Assembly: GCA_002731195.1 (NCBI GenBank) | Contig: PCAI01000018.1 | Span: 1 to 32,646 of the forward strand | From: Methanobacteriota archaeon | GTDB lineage: Archaea > Thermoplasmatota > Poseidoniia > Poseidoniales > Thalassarchaeaceae | Direction of reading: 5' to 3' | DNA length: 32,646 nucleotides | Shown: piece after piece, positions 7,917 to 16,649 of the stretch | Numbering within the stretch: the first letter of the stretch is position 1 | Layout: every line of letters begins with the position of its first letter | Program-made: the position numbers and the translations under genes | Notes under the pieces: model-generated | What the model was told of the DNA's origin: nothing | Seen by the model: the letters and a program-made list of their open reading frames with translations, nothing else | The model's database searches: none

Positions 7917-9569
7917 TTATTCTTCTTCTTCTTTATTTGATACATCCAATCCTTTCATAAATCTTAATATTCTTTTTTCATCATCATTAATCATTAAACT
8001 AACTCGATTCCCGACCCAAATTGGGATGCAAATTTGATCTCTCTCATCAATCAATAATAATCCTCCTTTGTAATCAGGAATTTCTATCCTTAAATCTTCA
8101 TTAAGTAACTGTTCTTCAATTAATAATTCATCGATTTTTTCACCATTTAAAGTGATATAGCCACATTTAATCTCTGGTATGATCTGTTGAGTCGCTCTAC
8201 CAATTAGCCTATCAATTTCATCATTTCTTGTTTTTATTGCATCAAGCCCTAAACTTATTATTTTCAAAGGACTCCATCTTCTTCCAGGCAGTATCATCTT
8301 TCCTGATTTACGGCTTTTTTCACTTTCCCATATCAGTTTAGCTTCATCTGTAGACCATGATATTTTTCTTCCACGACTCCACAAATTTTCTGGACATTTT
8401 CCAAAATGATTGATTATTTTATCTTTCAACACATTACTGATGGGAACTGGAAAATTATATGGATCAGGTTTTACATCACTATTTACCAAGATATCTTCCA
8501 TTCGATTAGAGTAAATAGCATCATTTCTCTTCTCTAATATCGAAATAAAAAATCCACCTCCATCTATCTTGTCATTCCATATTCTTACACAGTTTTTTAG
8601 CGATTTAATAATATGATCTTCAGTAGGTGGTAGCATAGATTTTTCTAAATCCAGATTAGCATTCACTGCTCCATTATCGTCTAATTTTGGCCATTCTGTA
8701 AATCCCTCATCAAAAGGCACTGATTTCAATATTTTTCTTGCAGATACTATATCAACAGGAGTATTTCTTAATATTTCAGCTATCACTGCCTCATTTTCTA
8801 TAGGATCTAGTGAACAAGTGGAATAAACTATTCTACCTCCTGGTTTAGTCAAATCAATAGCCTTTCTTAACAATTCTAGTTGTAAATTATGCAACGAACG
8901 ACTTCCAGATGGTAACCATCTTTTCCAAACTTCTGGATTTTTTCTTGTTGTACCAGATCCAGTACAAGGAACATCTACTAAAATTTTATCAAAACCCTTG
9001 TCCAAAATCTTTGGAATATGTCTACCATCATGTTGTATTATCATGCAGGATCTACTTGCATGGCGTTGTATATTTGTTACAAGAGTATTAATTCTATTAT
9101 TTGCAATTTCGTTTGCTATTACTAATCCTTTGTTTTCTAAGTTCTCAGATATCTGAGTTGTTTTAGAACCTGGTGAAGCACACATATCTAGTACAAGTTC
9201 TCCAGGCTTTATTTCAAGAGCAATAGTAGGTATCATAGAAACAGATTCTTGTCTAGTAATTCTTCCAGTTCGATGTAAGGAAGAAAGAATAGATTTAACT
9301 TCCCCTTCCGCCTTCCCTCTTTCAAAAGGTAAAGTCCAGGCACTTCCTTTAATATCTCCAAGCCATTCAATTTTTTTAGCACCATTTTTTACTAACCATT
9401 CTTCAACCCACACCCAATCTCTTCTTAGATAATTAACTCTAACCGTTTCTGGTAATCTGTCTACAGATTTCAAAAACCATTGTTCATAATCGTCTCTCCA
9501 ATTACTCACAGCATTTAGCAAAATACTATTTTTACCAAGATTATTCCAATAGTCTTGGCTTGTACTCAT
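7917..9569 (-). CDS. NOL1/NOP2/Sun-family RNA cytosine-C5 methyltransferase (RsmF/Trm4-like) with C-terminal extension
   Basis: SAM-binding motif VLDMCASPGSKT. Catalytic Cys motifs DVPCTGSGTTRKNP and VYSTCSLDPIENE. About 200 extra C-terminal residues, comparable to the extra domains of RsmF. Confidence 0.85.
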   Translation of the reverse strand: MSTSQDYWNNLGKNSILLNAVSNWRDDYEQWFLKSVDRLPETVRVNYLRRDWVWVEEWLVKNGAKKIEWLGDIKGSAWTLPFERGKAEGEVKSILSSLHRTGRITRQESVSMIPTIALEIKPGELVLDMCASPGSKTTQISENLENKGLVIANEIANNRINTLVTNIQRHASRSCMIIQHDGRHIPKILDKGFDKILVDVPCTGSGTTRKNPEVWKRWLPSGSRSLHNLQLELLRKAIDLTKPGGRIVYSTCSLDPIENEAVIAEILRNTPVDIVSARKILKSVPFDEGFTEWPKLDDNGAVNANLDLEKSMLPPTEDHIIKSLKNCVRIWNDKIDGGGFFISILEKRNDAIYSNRMEDILVNSDVKPDPYNFPVPISNVLKDKIINHFGKCPENLWSRGRKISWSTDEAKLIWESEKSRKSGKMILPGRRWSPLKIISLGLDAIKTRNDEIDRLIGRATQQIIPEIKCGYITLNGEKIDELLIEEQLLNEDLRIEIPDYKGGLLLIDERDQICIPIWVGNRVSLMINDDEKRILRFMKGLDVSNKEEEE

Positions 9570-9661
9570 AACCTTCGCACTATATGCCTATCAAATAATT
9601 ACTCGGTTATCTTGGAAAATTTATCATCATAGTATTTTGGACATTGTGAGTTGTTTTTTTC

Positions 9662-9674
9662 ATAAAATATTATA
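9662..9674 (+). promoter_or_regulatory. TATA-like box upstream of ORF 9697
   Basis: ATAAAATATTATA ends about 23 nt before the ATG at 9697. That spacing would give a leaderless or near-leaderless archaeal transcript. Confidence 0.3.
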
Positions 9675-9696
9675 CCATTAGTAAAACTCTCAAGGG

Positions 9697-10083
9697 ATGC
9701 GGCTTAGTGTCGCAAAGGGGATGCACAGTATGAAATTAAGTAGGCGAATAGCAAAAAATAGTGAAAAATCAGTGAAGACAGATATATTCGGAGCTACAAA
9801 GAAATTGGTTGAATTAGTAGAACGTGCACGCGATAATTCTTCCGAACAAGGGCCACTAATACCAATTGAAGCACTTGTTACAGTAGAGAATGATGAATGG
9901 ATATGGAAAAAAGTTGATCGCAAGGTTTTGGAAAATCTAAGTCACCGATTGGTCCTTCAAAATTCAAATGGATTCCGTCGGGAAATACTTATGACATCAA
10001 ACATAGATAATGCAATGGATGCCGCTTCTATCATAGTAGATCTTGATGGTGGATGCGTTTTAATTGAAACTTTAGAGCCTTAA
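9697..10083 (+). CDS. hypothetical protein
   Basis: 128-aa ORF in an otherwise empty slot with no competing ORF except a weaker antisense one. I recognise no motif. An internal ATG at codon 9 is an alternative start. Confidence 0.5.
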   Translation: MRLSVAKGMHSMKLSRRIAKNSEKSVKTDIFGATKKLVELVERARDNSSEQGPLIPIEALVTVENDEWIWKKVDRKVLENLSHRLVLQNSNGFRREILMTSNIDNAMDAASIIVDLDGGCVLIETLEP

Positions 10084-10088
10084 TTACA

Positions 10089-10106
10089 TTTTTTATTTAT
10101 TTAATA
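10089..10106 (+). promoter_or_regulatory. TATA-like/T-rich box upstream of sec61beta
   Basis: TTTTTTATTTATTTAATA lies about 40 nt upstream of the ATG at 10148. GGAG is present 4 nt before that ATG. Confidence 0.3.
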
Positions 10107-10147
10107 CTCTCGTGGCCTTGAAATAGTGCATGTGGGTGCGGAGTCTA

Positions 10148-10339
10148 ATGGCAAAGGAGAAGAAGGGCAGCGGAATCCAGCAAGCAGCTGGTTTAATTCG
10201 TTATTTTGATGAAGAATCCGAAGACGCTATACAGATATCAAAAGGCACAATTTACTTTGCATGTATTTCGTTCTCTGTAGTAATTTATTTGGCACAGCAT
10301 GGCGTATGGTCATGGATGTATAGGGCATTTGGAATTTAA
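10148..10339 (+). CDS. sec61b: preprotein translocase subunit Sec61beta (archaeal SecG)
   Basis: MAKEKKGSGIQQAAGLIRYFDEE... followed by one C-terminal TM helix. The AGLIRYxDE segment is the signature of archaeal Sec61beta. I start at the second ATG (10148) rather than the track start at 10130. Confidence 0.75.
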   Translation: MAKEKKGSGIQQAAGLIRYFDEESEDAIQISKGTIYFACISFSVVIYLAQHGVWSWMYRAFGI

Positions 10340-11058
10340 TCTTCATCCAGTAATATATCCGTTGTTACTAATTCGGTTTTAGGATCTGCTTGTATTATTG
10401 AATTAGAGGCCCTACTAAGTGCCCTTTCAACCGCAGGAGCATTTCTATCAGACAATGCAGTCCTAGCTTCTTCTAAAGACAAATCTGCAGATTGTAGTAA
10501 TTCCACTGCATCTTCATTAACACCTCTTAATTTTCTTACTTTATCTTCCAGCCTTAATATCTGTTCATTCATTTCATTTTTAGCATGCTTGATTAATGTG
10601 TTCCAATTTTCTAAATGTTCGACCATATTCAATCCAGTGACTCGTTCAAATGATTTGACCATAACCGCTTCCCACGGGTTTCTACCCAATGTTGACACTA
10701 TGTCATGCACACACCTAGATCTTGCAGATAATGGCCCATAGATCTCTATTTTATTATAAAAACAACGAGAAAATAAACCAAAACCCCAGTAATGGCCACT
10801 ATGTATTTTAATTTTCAAATCGTTCGATTTACATTCTAATTCCCATCTTTGCTCATCCCAATTAGGCTCATCAGTAAATTTGGGAGTTTCATGAGATCCA
10901 AGTGAATGTAGTACTGACTTTGCTACATCACCAAGAAACACTTTCCTATTTTTTTTTGATTTGCCCAACACTTCAAGTAAACCATCTTCATTAATTTCCA
11001 TTCTAGGTTTACCTTGCATTACCTGTGCAAATAATATTGACTTAGATCCATTCTCCAA
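10336..11058 (-). CDS. hypothetical protein with C-terminal coiled-coil-like region
   Basis: 240-aa ORF, co-oriented and 95 nt downstream of xerA. The C-terminal ~90 aa are heptad-like and charged (NEMNEQILRLEDKVRKLRG...LSLEEARTAL...). No known motif recognised. Confidence 0.6.
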   Translation of the reverse strand: MENGSKSILFAQVMQGKPRMEINEDGLLEVLGKSKKNRKVFLGDVAKSVLHSLGSHETPKFTDEPNWDEQRWELECKSNDLKIKIHSGHYWGFGLFSRCFYNKIEIYGPLSARSRCVHDIVSTLGRNPWEAVMVKSFERVTGLNMVEHLENWNTLIKHAKNEMNEQILRLEDKVRKLRGVNEDAVELLQSADLSLEEARTALSDRNAPAVERALSRASNSIIQADPKTELVTTDILLDED

Positions 11059-11153
11059 AGATTAGATCCCTCCTTTGAATCCTAAGCCATTCACGTTTCT
11101 CTGACTATGTCATTTAGATTGAACATTGTGTTTCCATGCTCTCTATATTTTGC

Positions 11154-12305
11154 TTATTTTGTTGAAATAACTTGTATGTTTTCATCCTCTTTTAATATTT
11201 CTTCTGTAGTAAATTCTTCCATTATTGGAATTTGTTTTTGTGCTCTATGGTATATTTCACGTAATGTTTGGTCTCCAATTTCAAGATATACTCTTGTAGT
11301 GGCGATACTGGCGTGACCTAACAATCTCTGTATTGTAACCAAATCAGCACCTCTTTCTAATAATCCAGTAGCAAATGTATGCCGTAAAGTGTGTGGACTA
11401 ACGCGACTCCTTGGGATATCAGCAGCATCTGCTAACCTATCAATTATTTTCTGAACTGAACGAGGATTCATTCTGTTACCTCTACTTGATAAAAATAAGG
11501 AACGCCTATCTTCAGTTTTTTTACATAGATTAAGCCGAGACTCTCTTATTGGCCGCCATGCATCTATTGTTAAAACCGTAGATTTAGTAAAAAGTACTGT
11601 CCTATCTTTTTCTCCTTTTCCTCCGATTACTAGTGCTGATAAATCATCAAAATCCATATCATCTAAATCTAAGCCACACAATTCAGACACTCTCAAACCA
11701 GTATCTAACATTATTGTAACAATAGGTGAAGATAAACAATCTTCAGACTGTTTTGCAGCTAAAAGTAATTTCTTTAGTTCTGACTTTCCTAATGTTTTCG
11801 GCAATGAGCGGCTTCTAGAGGGCCTTTGTATCCAATCTGGTATTGCATAACCGAGCCATTTTAATAAATGAGAAATGCCGGCAATTCTTGCATTAATTGT
11901 TGAAGGTTTTAATTTACTAATTTCATTTAACCATGCATCAATTCTTCCATTATTCGGATTACAGAAGATATGAAATTTTATTACAGTTATATTTTGTAAT
12001 TGCCCCCAATCTCTACTAGGTTCATTTGGCAATTTTGTAGTTGTGAAAGTTTTTATTGAGACCATATACGATCTAATCGTATGTTCACTCTTTTTTTCTG
12101 TCCTTAATTGTTGTAACCAACATTCAAACCAAGGTAATTCAGATATACGCGCCATACGGAGAGGTAAAGTAGATTTTATCCCAAGAATTCCTCTATCTTC
12201 CGATAAGAGATTCACATTCATCCCCTTGGAAAATATAGCATCATGCTCCCTCATGTCTTCGCCTCCCGTCGTAAACGACGTATGCATCCCTGTTCTAACG
12301 AACAA
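11154..12305 (-). CDS. xerA: tyrosine recombinase, XerA/XerC/XerD family
   Basis: Catalytic C-terminal region GLRVSELCGL ... HTLRHTFATGLLERGADLVTIQRLLGHASIATTRVYLEI (R..HxxR..H..Y). Core-binding-type N-domain (WFECWLQQLRTEKKSEHTIRSYMVSIKTF). The track start is TTG at 12305. In-frame ATGs at 12287 and 12155 (MARISELPWF...) are alternatives. Confidence 0.85.
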   Translation of the reverse strand: MFVRTGMHTSFTTGGEDMREHDAIFSKGMNVNLLSEDRGILGIKSTLPLRMARISELPWFECWLQQLRTEKKSEHTIRSYMVSIKTFTTTKLPNEPSRDWGQLQNITVIKFHIFCNPNNGRIDAWLNEISKLKPSTINARIAGISHLLKWLGYAIPDWIQRPSRSRSLPKTLGKSELKKLLLAAKQSEDCLSSPIVTIMLDTGLRVSELCGLDLDDMDFDDLSALVIGGKGEKDRTVLFTKSTVLTIDAWRPIRESRLNLCKKTEDRRSLFLSSRGNRMNPRSVQKIIDRLADAADIPRSRVSPHTLRHTFATGLLERGADLVTIQRLLGHASIATTRVYLEIGDQTLREIYHRAQKQIPIMEEFTTEEILKEDENIQVISTK

Positions 12306-12400
12306 TGTTCAGGAGACGTATGTTGTATTGAATGCTTCTCTAGATATTAGTATCTCTATCATCATTTAATGACTGTTTTTTTTAACCCAGAGAAATATAA

Positions 12401-13351
12401 TTAGTATACATCAGTTTCATGTTTTGTTTTATTTATTGCTTCTATATCCCCAGTATCTTCTTCAGCAGTAATATCTTGATATATTGAATCAAGATATTTT
12501 GTAACTTCTCCTGCAATATTTACTCCTGTTGAACTCTCTATTCCTTCTAAACCAGGACTTGAATTTACTTCTAAAATTAATGGACCTCTACTTGATATCA
12601 ACATATCCACACCTGCTAGATCAAGTCCCATTGCTGATGCAGCAAGACAAGCAATTCTCTCCTCCTCTTCATTAATCTCTACTTTCTGTACAGAACCTCC
12701 TAAATGAAAATTAGATCGAAATTCTGATCCATTAGCCTTCCTTTTCATAGCTGCTACTACCTTTCCACCAACAACTAACACTCGAATATCTTGACCATGT
12801 GACTCTTTGATGTATTCTTGTACCAAAGGACGCATATTCCTTTCTAACATCTGATATACAAGTTGCCTCGCTTGTTGCTCGGATTTAGCTAAAAATACTC
12901 CATATCCATGGGTTCCTTCTGTTGATTTAATCACACAAGGAGTACCTCCTACCCTACTCACTGCTCTTACAGTATCTTTCCAAGACCCGACATGAGCGGT
13001 TACAGGAACTGGGATATTACTATCTGACATTAATTGACAAGCTAGCAATTTATCTCTACTTTGAGTAATCCCTTTACTTTTATTCAAAACTATAGTGCCT
13101 TTTCTCTCAAATTGTCTGACTATAGCAACCCCTCTCCGAGTTATTGAATAGCCAATTCTTGGTATCACAGCTTCACATTCAACAGGCCATCCTCGATTGA
13201 AAATTTTTCCTCCATCTCTATCAACAACAATTGTTAAAGATAAAGGATCTAATATTTTGACATCCCATCCACATTTCTCTGCTTCTTCATACAATCTCTT
13301 TGTACTGTATAATTCTGGCCCTCTTGATAGTATTACCAGTCGGGGCTTCAT
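12401..13351 (-). CDS. rimK: RimK-type ATP-grasp alpha-L-glutamate ligase
   Basis: End-to-end resemblance to E. coli RimK as I recall it: LSRGPELYSTKRL, VIPRIG, SRDKL, VVKxxEGTxGxGV, LVQEYIKESxGxDIRxLVVGxxVVAAMxR, FRSNxHxGG, AGVDxL, EVNSSPGLEGIE. Confidence 0.85.
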   Translation of the reverse strand: MKPRLVILSRGPELYSTKRLYEEAEKCGWDVKILDPLSLTIVVDRDGGKIFNRGWPVECEAVIPRIGYSITRRGVAIVRQFERKGTIVLNKSKGITQSRDKLLACQLMSDSNIPVPVTAHVGSWKDTVRAVSRVGGTPCVIKSTEGTHGYGVFLAKSEQQARQLVYQMLERNMRPLVQEYIKESHGQDIRVLVVGGKVVAAMKRKANGSEFRSNFHLGGSVQKVEINEEEERIACLAASAMGLDLAGVDMLISSRGPLILEVNSSPGLEGIESSTGVNIAGEVTKYLDSIYQDITAEEDTGDIEAINKTKHETDVY

Positions 13352-13446
13352 AGTTTTCCCACCGAAAACCCCTTCTTGAGTTCTTTGCTCGAAATATTAT
13401 TTTAACTCCCTTAGTAGTACTTTAATACCATCTTTAAACAAAGAGA

Positions 13447-15609
13447 TTGAAAAACAGCACTCACGACTCAAGTATAAGAATGCCCAAAGATGACCAGAAT
13501 TCATTTGATGAAGAAACACTCTCTGCAATGACAGTTGTAGAACTTAGGGAGTTATGTAAAAAACACCATTTAATGGTCTCTGGAAATAAATCTGTACTAA
13601 TTGAAAGAATATTAGAATCGAAGGGTGTAGATGAAATTGAAGAAGAAGCAGAAATTGAACAAGTATTACTCTTAGAGGAAGATGAAGATATTGTAAAAGA
13701 AAATAATATTGGCGATGCAGTGGATAAATTAATTGCCAAAAAAACTAACACTAAAACTGATACTATTCAACAAACTAAACCCACTTTAGATTTATTAGAT
13801 AATGAAGAAGAAAACGACATACTTGAAGCAGAAATATTTGTAGAGGAAAATACTCAGACCAAAATACATAAAACTCCAGAAAAAGATACCAAAGATGATT
13901 CAGCATCTATGGTAATTACTTTACCTTCACTCAGAGATATTAATTTTAATGCTAGAGCTGCAGGTGCAATTTTTGCGATAATAATCTTATTAGGCGCAAC
14001 AGTCTTTTTCGTATTAAATAACGATAATACATTTTCTGCAAAGCCTCTAAATTATGGTGATGAAATGGATTTTAATGTAGATGAAGCAAGAATTTCTATA
14101 ATCGGAGATGATATGGTCCAGATATTTCGTGATTCTTCAGGAGGAATATTGGATGATGCTTGTGGTGAATTAGAGATTAATATGGCCGGAGAAGGAACAG
14201 TTTCAGTTTCAAAAGATGAGAAAATATCTACAGATAGTCTCGGTCGTTCGGGATTTTATACTGCTGAGAAAAGAACAGAACATGATTTAGTTGTAGATTT
14301 TGAGGGTAAAACCTGGAGAGATACTGATGATTGTGGCAATCTTGGTTGGTCTATGGCAAATAACATTCTTGATATGACTTCAATTTCTTGGACAGAATTA
14401 GAGAATAAAGATCTAAAAAGAACTAATACAGAAATAGTATTTACCGATATAGAAAATGAAGTAACAAATTTACAAATAGTCACCTATGGATTAGAGGGAT
14501 TGGGTGATCTAGATATCCTTATCCCAATTCTCACATTCCCACTCAAGCCGATTGAATTACATTCATTCTTTGGAGATAGATCACTTTCAGAAGGAACCAC
14601 TTCCAAAAATGATCAAGACTGGAATTCTGATTGGGAATGGACTGTTGGCGCAGAAATAAATAGTAAAAATCATGGCCTTGTTTATCCAATTACCATTCAT
14701 CATACACAAATTGGCCAATGTATCGGGCATGCTAATATACAAATAGAAGTTAAAGCAAATAATCCTTGGCCTGTTAGTCAAGAAGTAGATATTTTAATTG
14801 ACAAAGATTCCTCGGCTTCTGACTGTAATTTCTTATTAAGTTCTGTAGCAGAAACAATATTACCAGATGGCCGATTTACTATAAGATTGGTAATGGGAGA
14901 AACTAGCACTTCCCTAGGGAGTACTCCGATTGATTGGGGCAAAGAATATCTAAAACCAGAAACAGGAGATGATCAGCCAAGAACTTCTGATGAGAGAAAA
15001 TGGGCAGATTCTATGTGGGACGAATCCAATCTTCGTAATTTCAATTTAGAGACCGCAAAAGAGTGTTTAAAGAATAGCCATTCTTCTTCAGATGCTGCAA
15101 TTGCGATTATTGATGGAGGATATTTATGGCAATCATATTGGGAACATCCTGATGATTCTAGCAATCCGCAGTGGAATATTTCATGGGTTGATCCAGATGA
15201 TAATTCAGGTTGGCTAACACTAAGTGGCAATAGCACTTCAGATTGCAAAATAACAAGTAGTGATAATAACGCCAATGGAGAAATAATTTGGAATAGGGCT
15301 GCAATCCCAGATACGCCAACTATGGATTTATTGGAGCAAAGAATATTGAATTCTGACAGATACCCTGACCTATATCCACTAATTTCTTCTAACCAGAATT
15401 CATGGGATTCCGGTATCAAAATAGGCTACAGACTTTCAGTTTCTGATGATAATGAATTACTAAGTAGTATACCAGTTAATTTAGGCGAAGGGCAAGTATC
15501 CCTAATAGGCTCAAAGAATTGGGAAGAGGCTGGAACAAATCATTCAAATTATTTCCTTATGAATGGTGAAACTGGTGAGATGTTGGCTTGGTACCATCTA
15601 GAGAATTAA
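13447..15609 (+). CDS. membrane protein: N-terminal SAP/HeH-like DNA-binding motif, acidic linker, one TM helix, ~530-aa extracytoplasmic domain
   Basis: Residues ~24-57, LSAMTVVELRELCKKHHLMVSGNKSVLIERILES, match the SAP helix-extended-helix pattern. An E/D-rich linker follows, then TM AAGAIFAIIILLGATVFFVL (13957-14016), then a long W/D/N/S-rich domain. The track start is TTG at 13447, and the ATG at 13480 is an equally plausible start. Confidence 0.75.
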   Translation: MKNSTHDSSIRMPKDDQNSFDEETLSAMTVVELRELCKKHHLMVSGNKSVLIERILESKGVDEIEEEAEIEQVLLLEEDEDIVKENNIGDAVDKLIAKKTNTKTDTIQQTKPTLDLLDNEEENDILEAEIFVEENTQTKIHKTPEKDTKDDSASMVITLPSLRDINFNARAAGAIFAIIILLGATVFFVLNNDNTFSAKPLNYGDEMDFNVDEARISIIGDDMVQIFRDSSGGILDDACGELEINMAGEGTVSVSKDEKISTDSLGRSGFYTAEKRTEHDLVVDFEGKTWRDTDDCGNLGWSMANNILDMTSISWTELENKDLKRTNTEIVFTDIENEVTNLQIVTYGLEGLGDLDILIPILTFPLKPIELHSFFGDRSLSEGTTSKNDQDWNSDWEWTVGAEINSKNHGLVYPITIHHTQIGQCIGHANIQIEVKANNPWPVSQEVDILIDKDSSASDCNFLLSSVAETILPDGRFTIRLVMGETSTSLGSTPIDWGKEYLKPETGDDQPRTSDERKWADSMWDESNLRNFNLETAKECLKNSHSSSDAAIAIIDGGYLWQSYWEHPDDSSNPQWNISWVDPDDNSGWLTLSGNSTSDCKITSSDNNANGEIIWNRAAIPDTPTMDLLEQRILNSDRYPDLYPLISSNQNSWDSGIKIGYRLSVSDDNELLSSIPVNLGEGQVSLIGSKNWEEAGTNHSNYFLMNGETGEMLAWYHLEN

Positions 15610-15695
15610 TGGCATTCATACAACTCTCTTAATTTAATATAATTTTTCTCATTTCATCCGGCATATTCAACTGCTTAACAATCTCCGTCTGTATC

Positions 15696-16649
15696 GTGAC
15701 TAAACTTAAGGATAAGACTCCTCTTCCTGATGTTGATACAGCACCACTTATTGTGGATGTTGAGTTTATAGAAACAGAAGAAGATATTGATATCCCAGTT
15801 TTGGATTCCTTTGAAAAAGTACACACATCAAAAAAATATGGTGCAGTAGAATTACCTAAATCATTAACTACTCCTAAGGGAAGAGCAAGAGTGGTTACGG
15901 TAATAAATCAGAAAGGAGGAGTTGGAAAGACGACAACGGTCATTAATATCGCATCCCAATTGGCTTTACGTGGCCATAATATTTTGGTAATAGATTGTGA
16001 TTCACAAGGAAATTGTGCAACCGGTCTCGGCGTTGATAAAAGTAAGATTCGTGAAACAACTAGAGACTTAATTCTCAATCCTGAATCTGCAATTAGTGCT
16101 CGACATGCTACAGCTGTCGATAAACTACATTTAATCGTCGGTGATAAAAATTTAATTGGTTTGGAACAAGAAATGCTTAGGCAGTTGGGTAGAGAGAAAC
16201 GTTTGACTGAGGCTTTAGAGCCGTTATTGCCCCATTATGATATTATTCTTATCGATACTCCTCCATCATTAGGATTAGTTACAATAAATGCATTGGTAGC
16301 TAGTGATGGACTAATAATTCCTGTACAAACTGAATACTTCGCTTTAGAAGGTCTTGCTTTATTGTCTGGTACTGTAAGAGAAGTGAGAAATTTATTGAAT
16401 CCTAGACTTGGTGTTGATGGCGTTCTTCTGACAATGCATTCTTCGACAACCTTGAATCAGCAAGTTGCAAATGAGATTATAGATTATTTTCCCGAATTGA
16501 TAGTTAAACCTGCTGTTAGAAGAAATATCAAATTAGCTGAGGCACCAAGCCATGGAATTCCAATTCATTTGTACGATCCCCAAAGTGCCGGCGGTCAAGA
16601 TTATCAAGACATTGCATCAGTTTTATCCCGTCGCTGGAGTTTAGTTTAG
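15696..16649 (+). CDS. parA: ParA/Soj-family partition ATPase
   Basis: Deviant Walker A NQKGGVGKTTT. DCDSQGN, ILIDTPPSLG, and full-length Soj-like collinearity. The called GTG start gives a 65-aa acidic N-extension. An in-frame GTG at 15891 (VVTVINQKGG...) would give a canonical-length ParA. Confidence 0.85.
   Translation: MTKLKDKTPLPDVDTAPLIVDVEFIETEEDIDIPVLDSFEKVHTSKKYGAVELPKSLTTPKGRARVVTVINQKGGVGKTTTVINIASQLALRGHNILVIDCDSQGNCATGLGVDKSKIRETTRDLILNPESAISARHATAVDKLHLIVGDKNLIGLEQEMLRQLGREKRLTEALEPLLPHYDIILIDTPPSLGLVTINALVASDGLIIPVQTEYFALEGLALLSGTVREVRNLLNPRLGVDGVLLTMHSSTTLNQQVANEIIDYFPELIVKPAVRRNIKLAEAPSHGIPIHLYDPQSAGGQDYQDIASVLSRRWSLV

Noticed and set aside
9570-9696. A C/D-box sRNA, suggested by a reverse-strand ATGATGA (9624-9630) that resembles a C box.
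   Set aside because: There is no CUGA D box or terminal stem at a suitable distance. The region is better explained as the divergent promoter spacer.
11154-12305. The tyrosine recombinase as the integrase of an integrated mobile element or provirus.
   Set aside because: It has no adjacent tRNA target, I could find no flanking direct repeats by eye, and its neighbours are housekeeping-type genes. A chromosomal XerA is the simpler reading.
12342-12355. The palindrome AGATA-TTAG-TATCT between rimK and xerA as a dif-like site.
   Set aside because: It has only 5-bp arms with mismatches beyond them. That is too short and too AT-rich to distinguish from chance.
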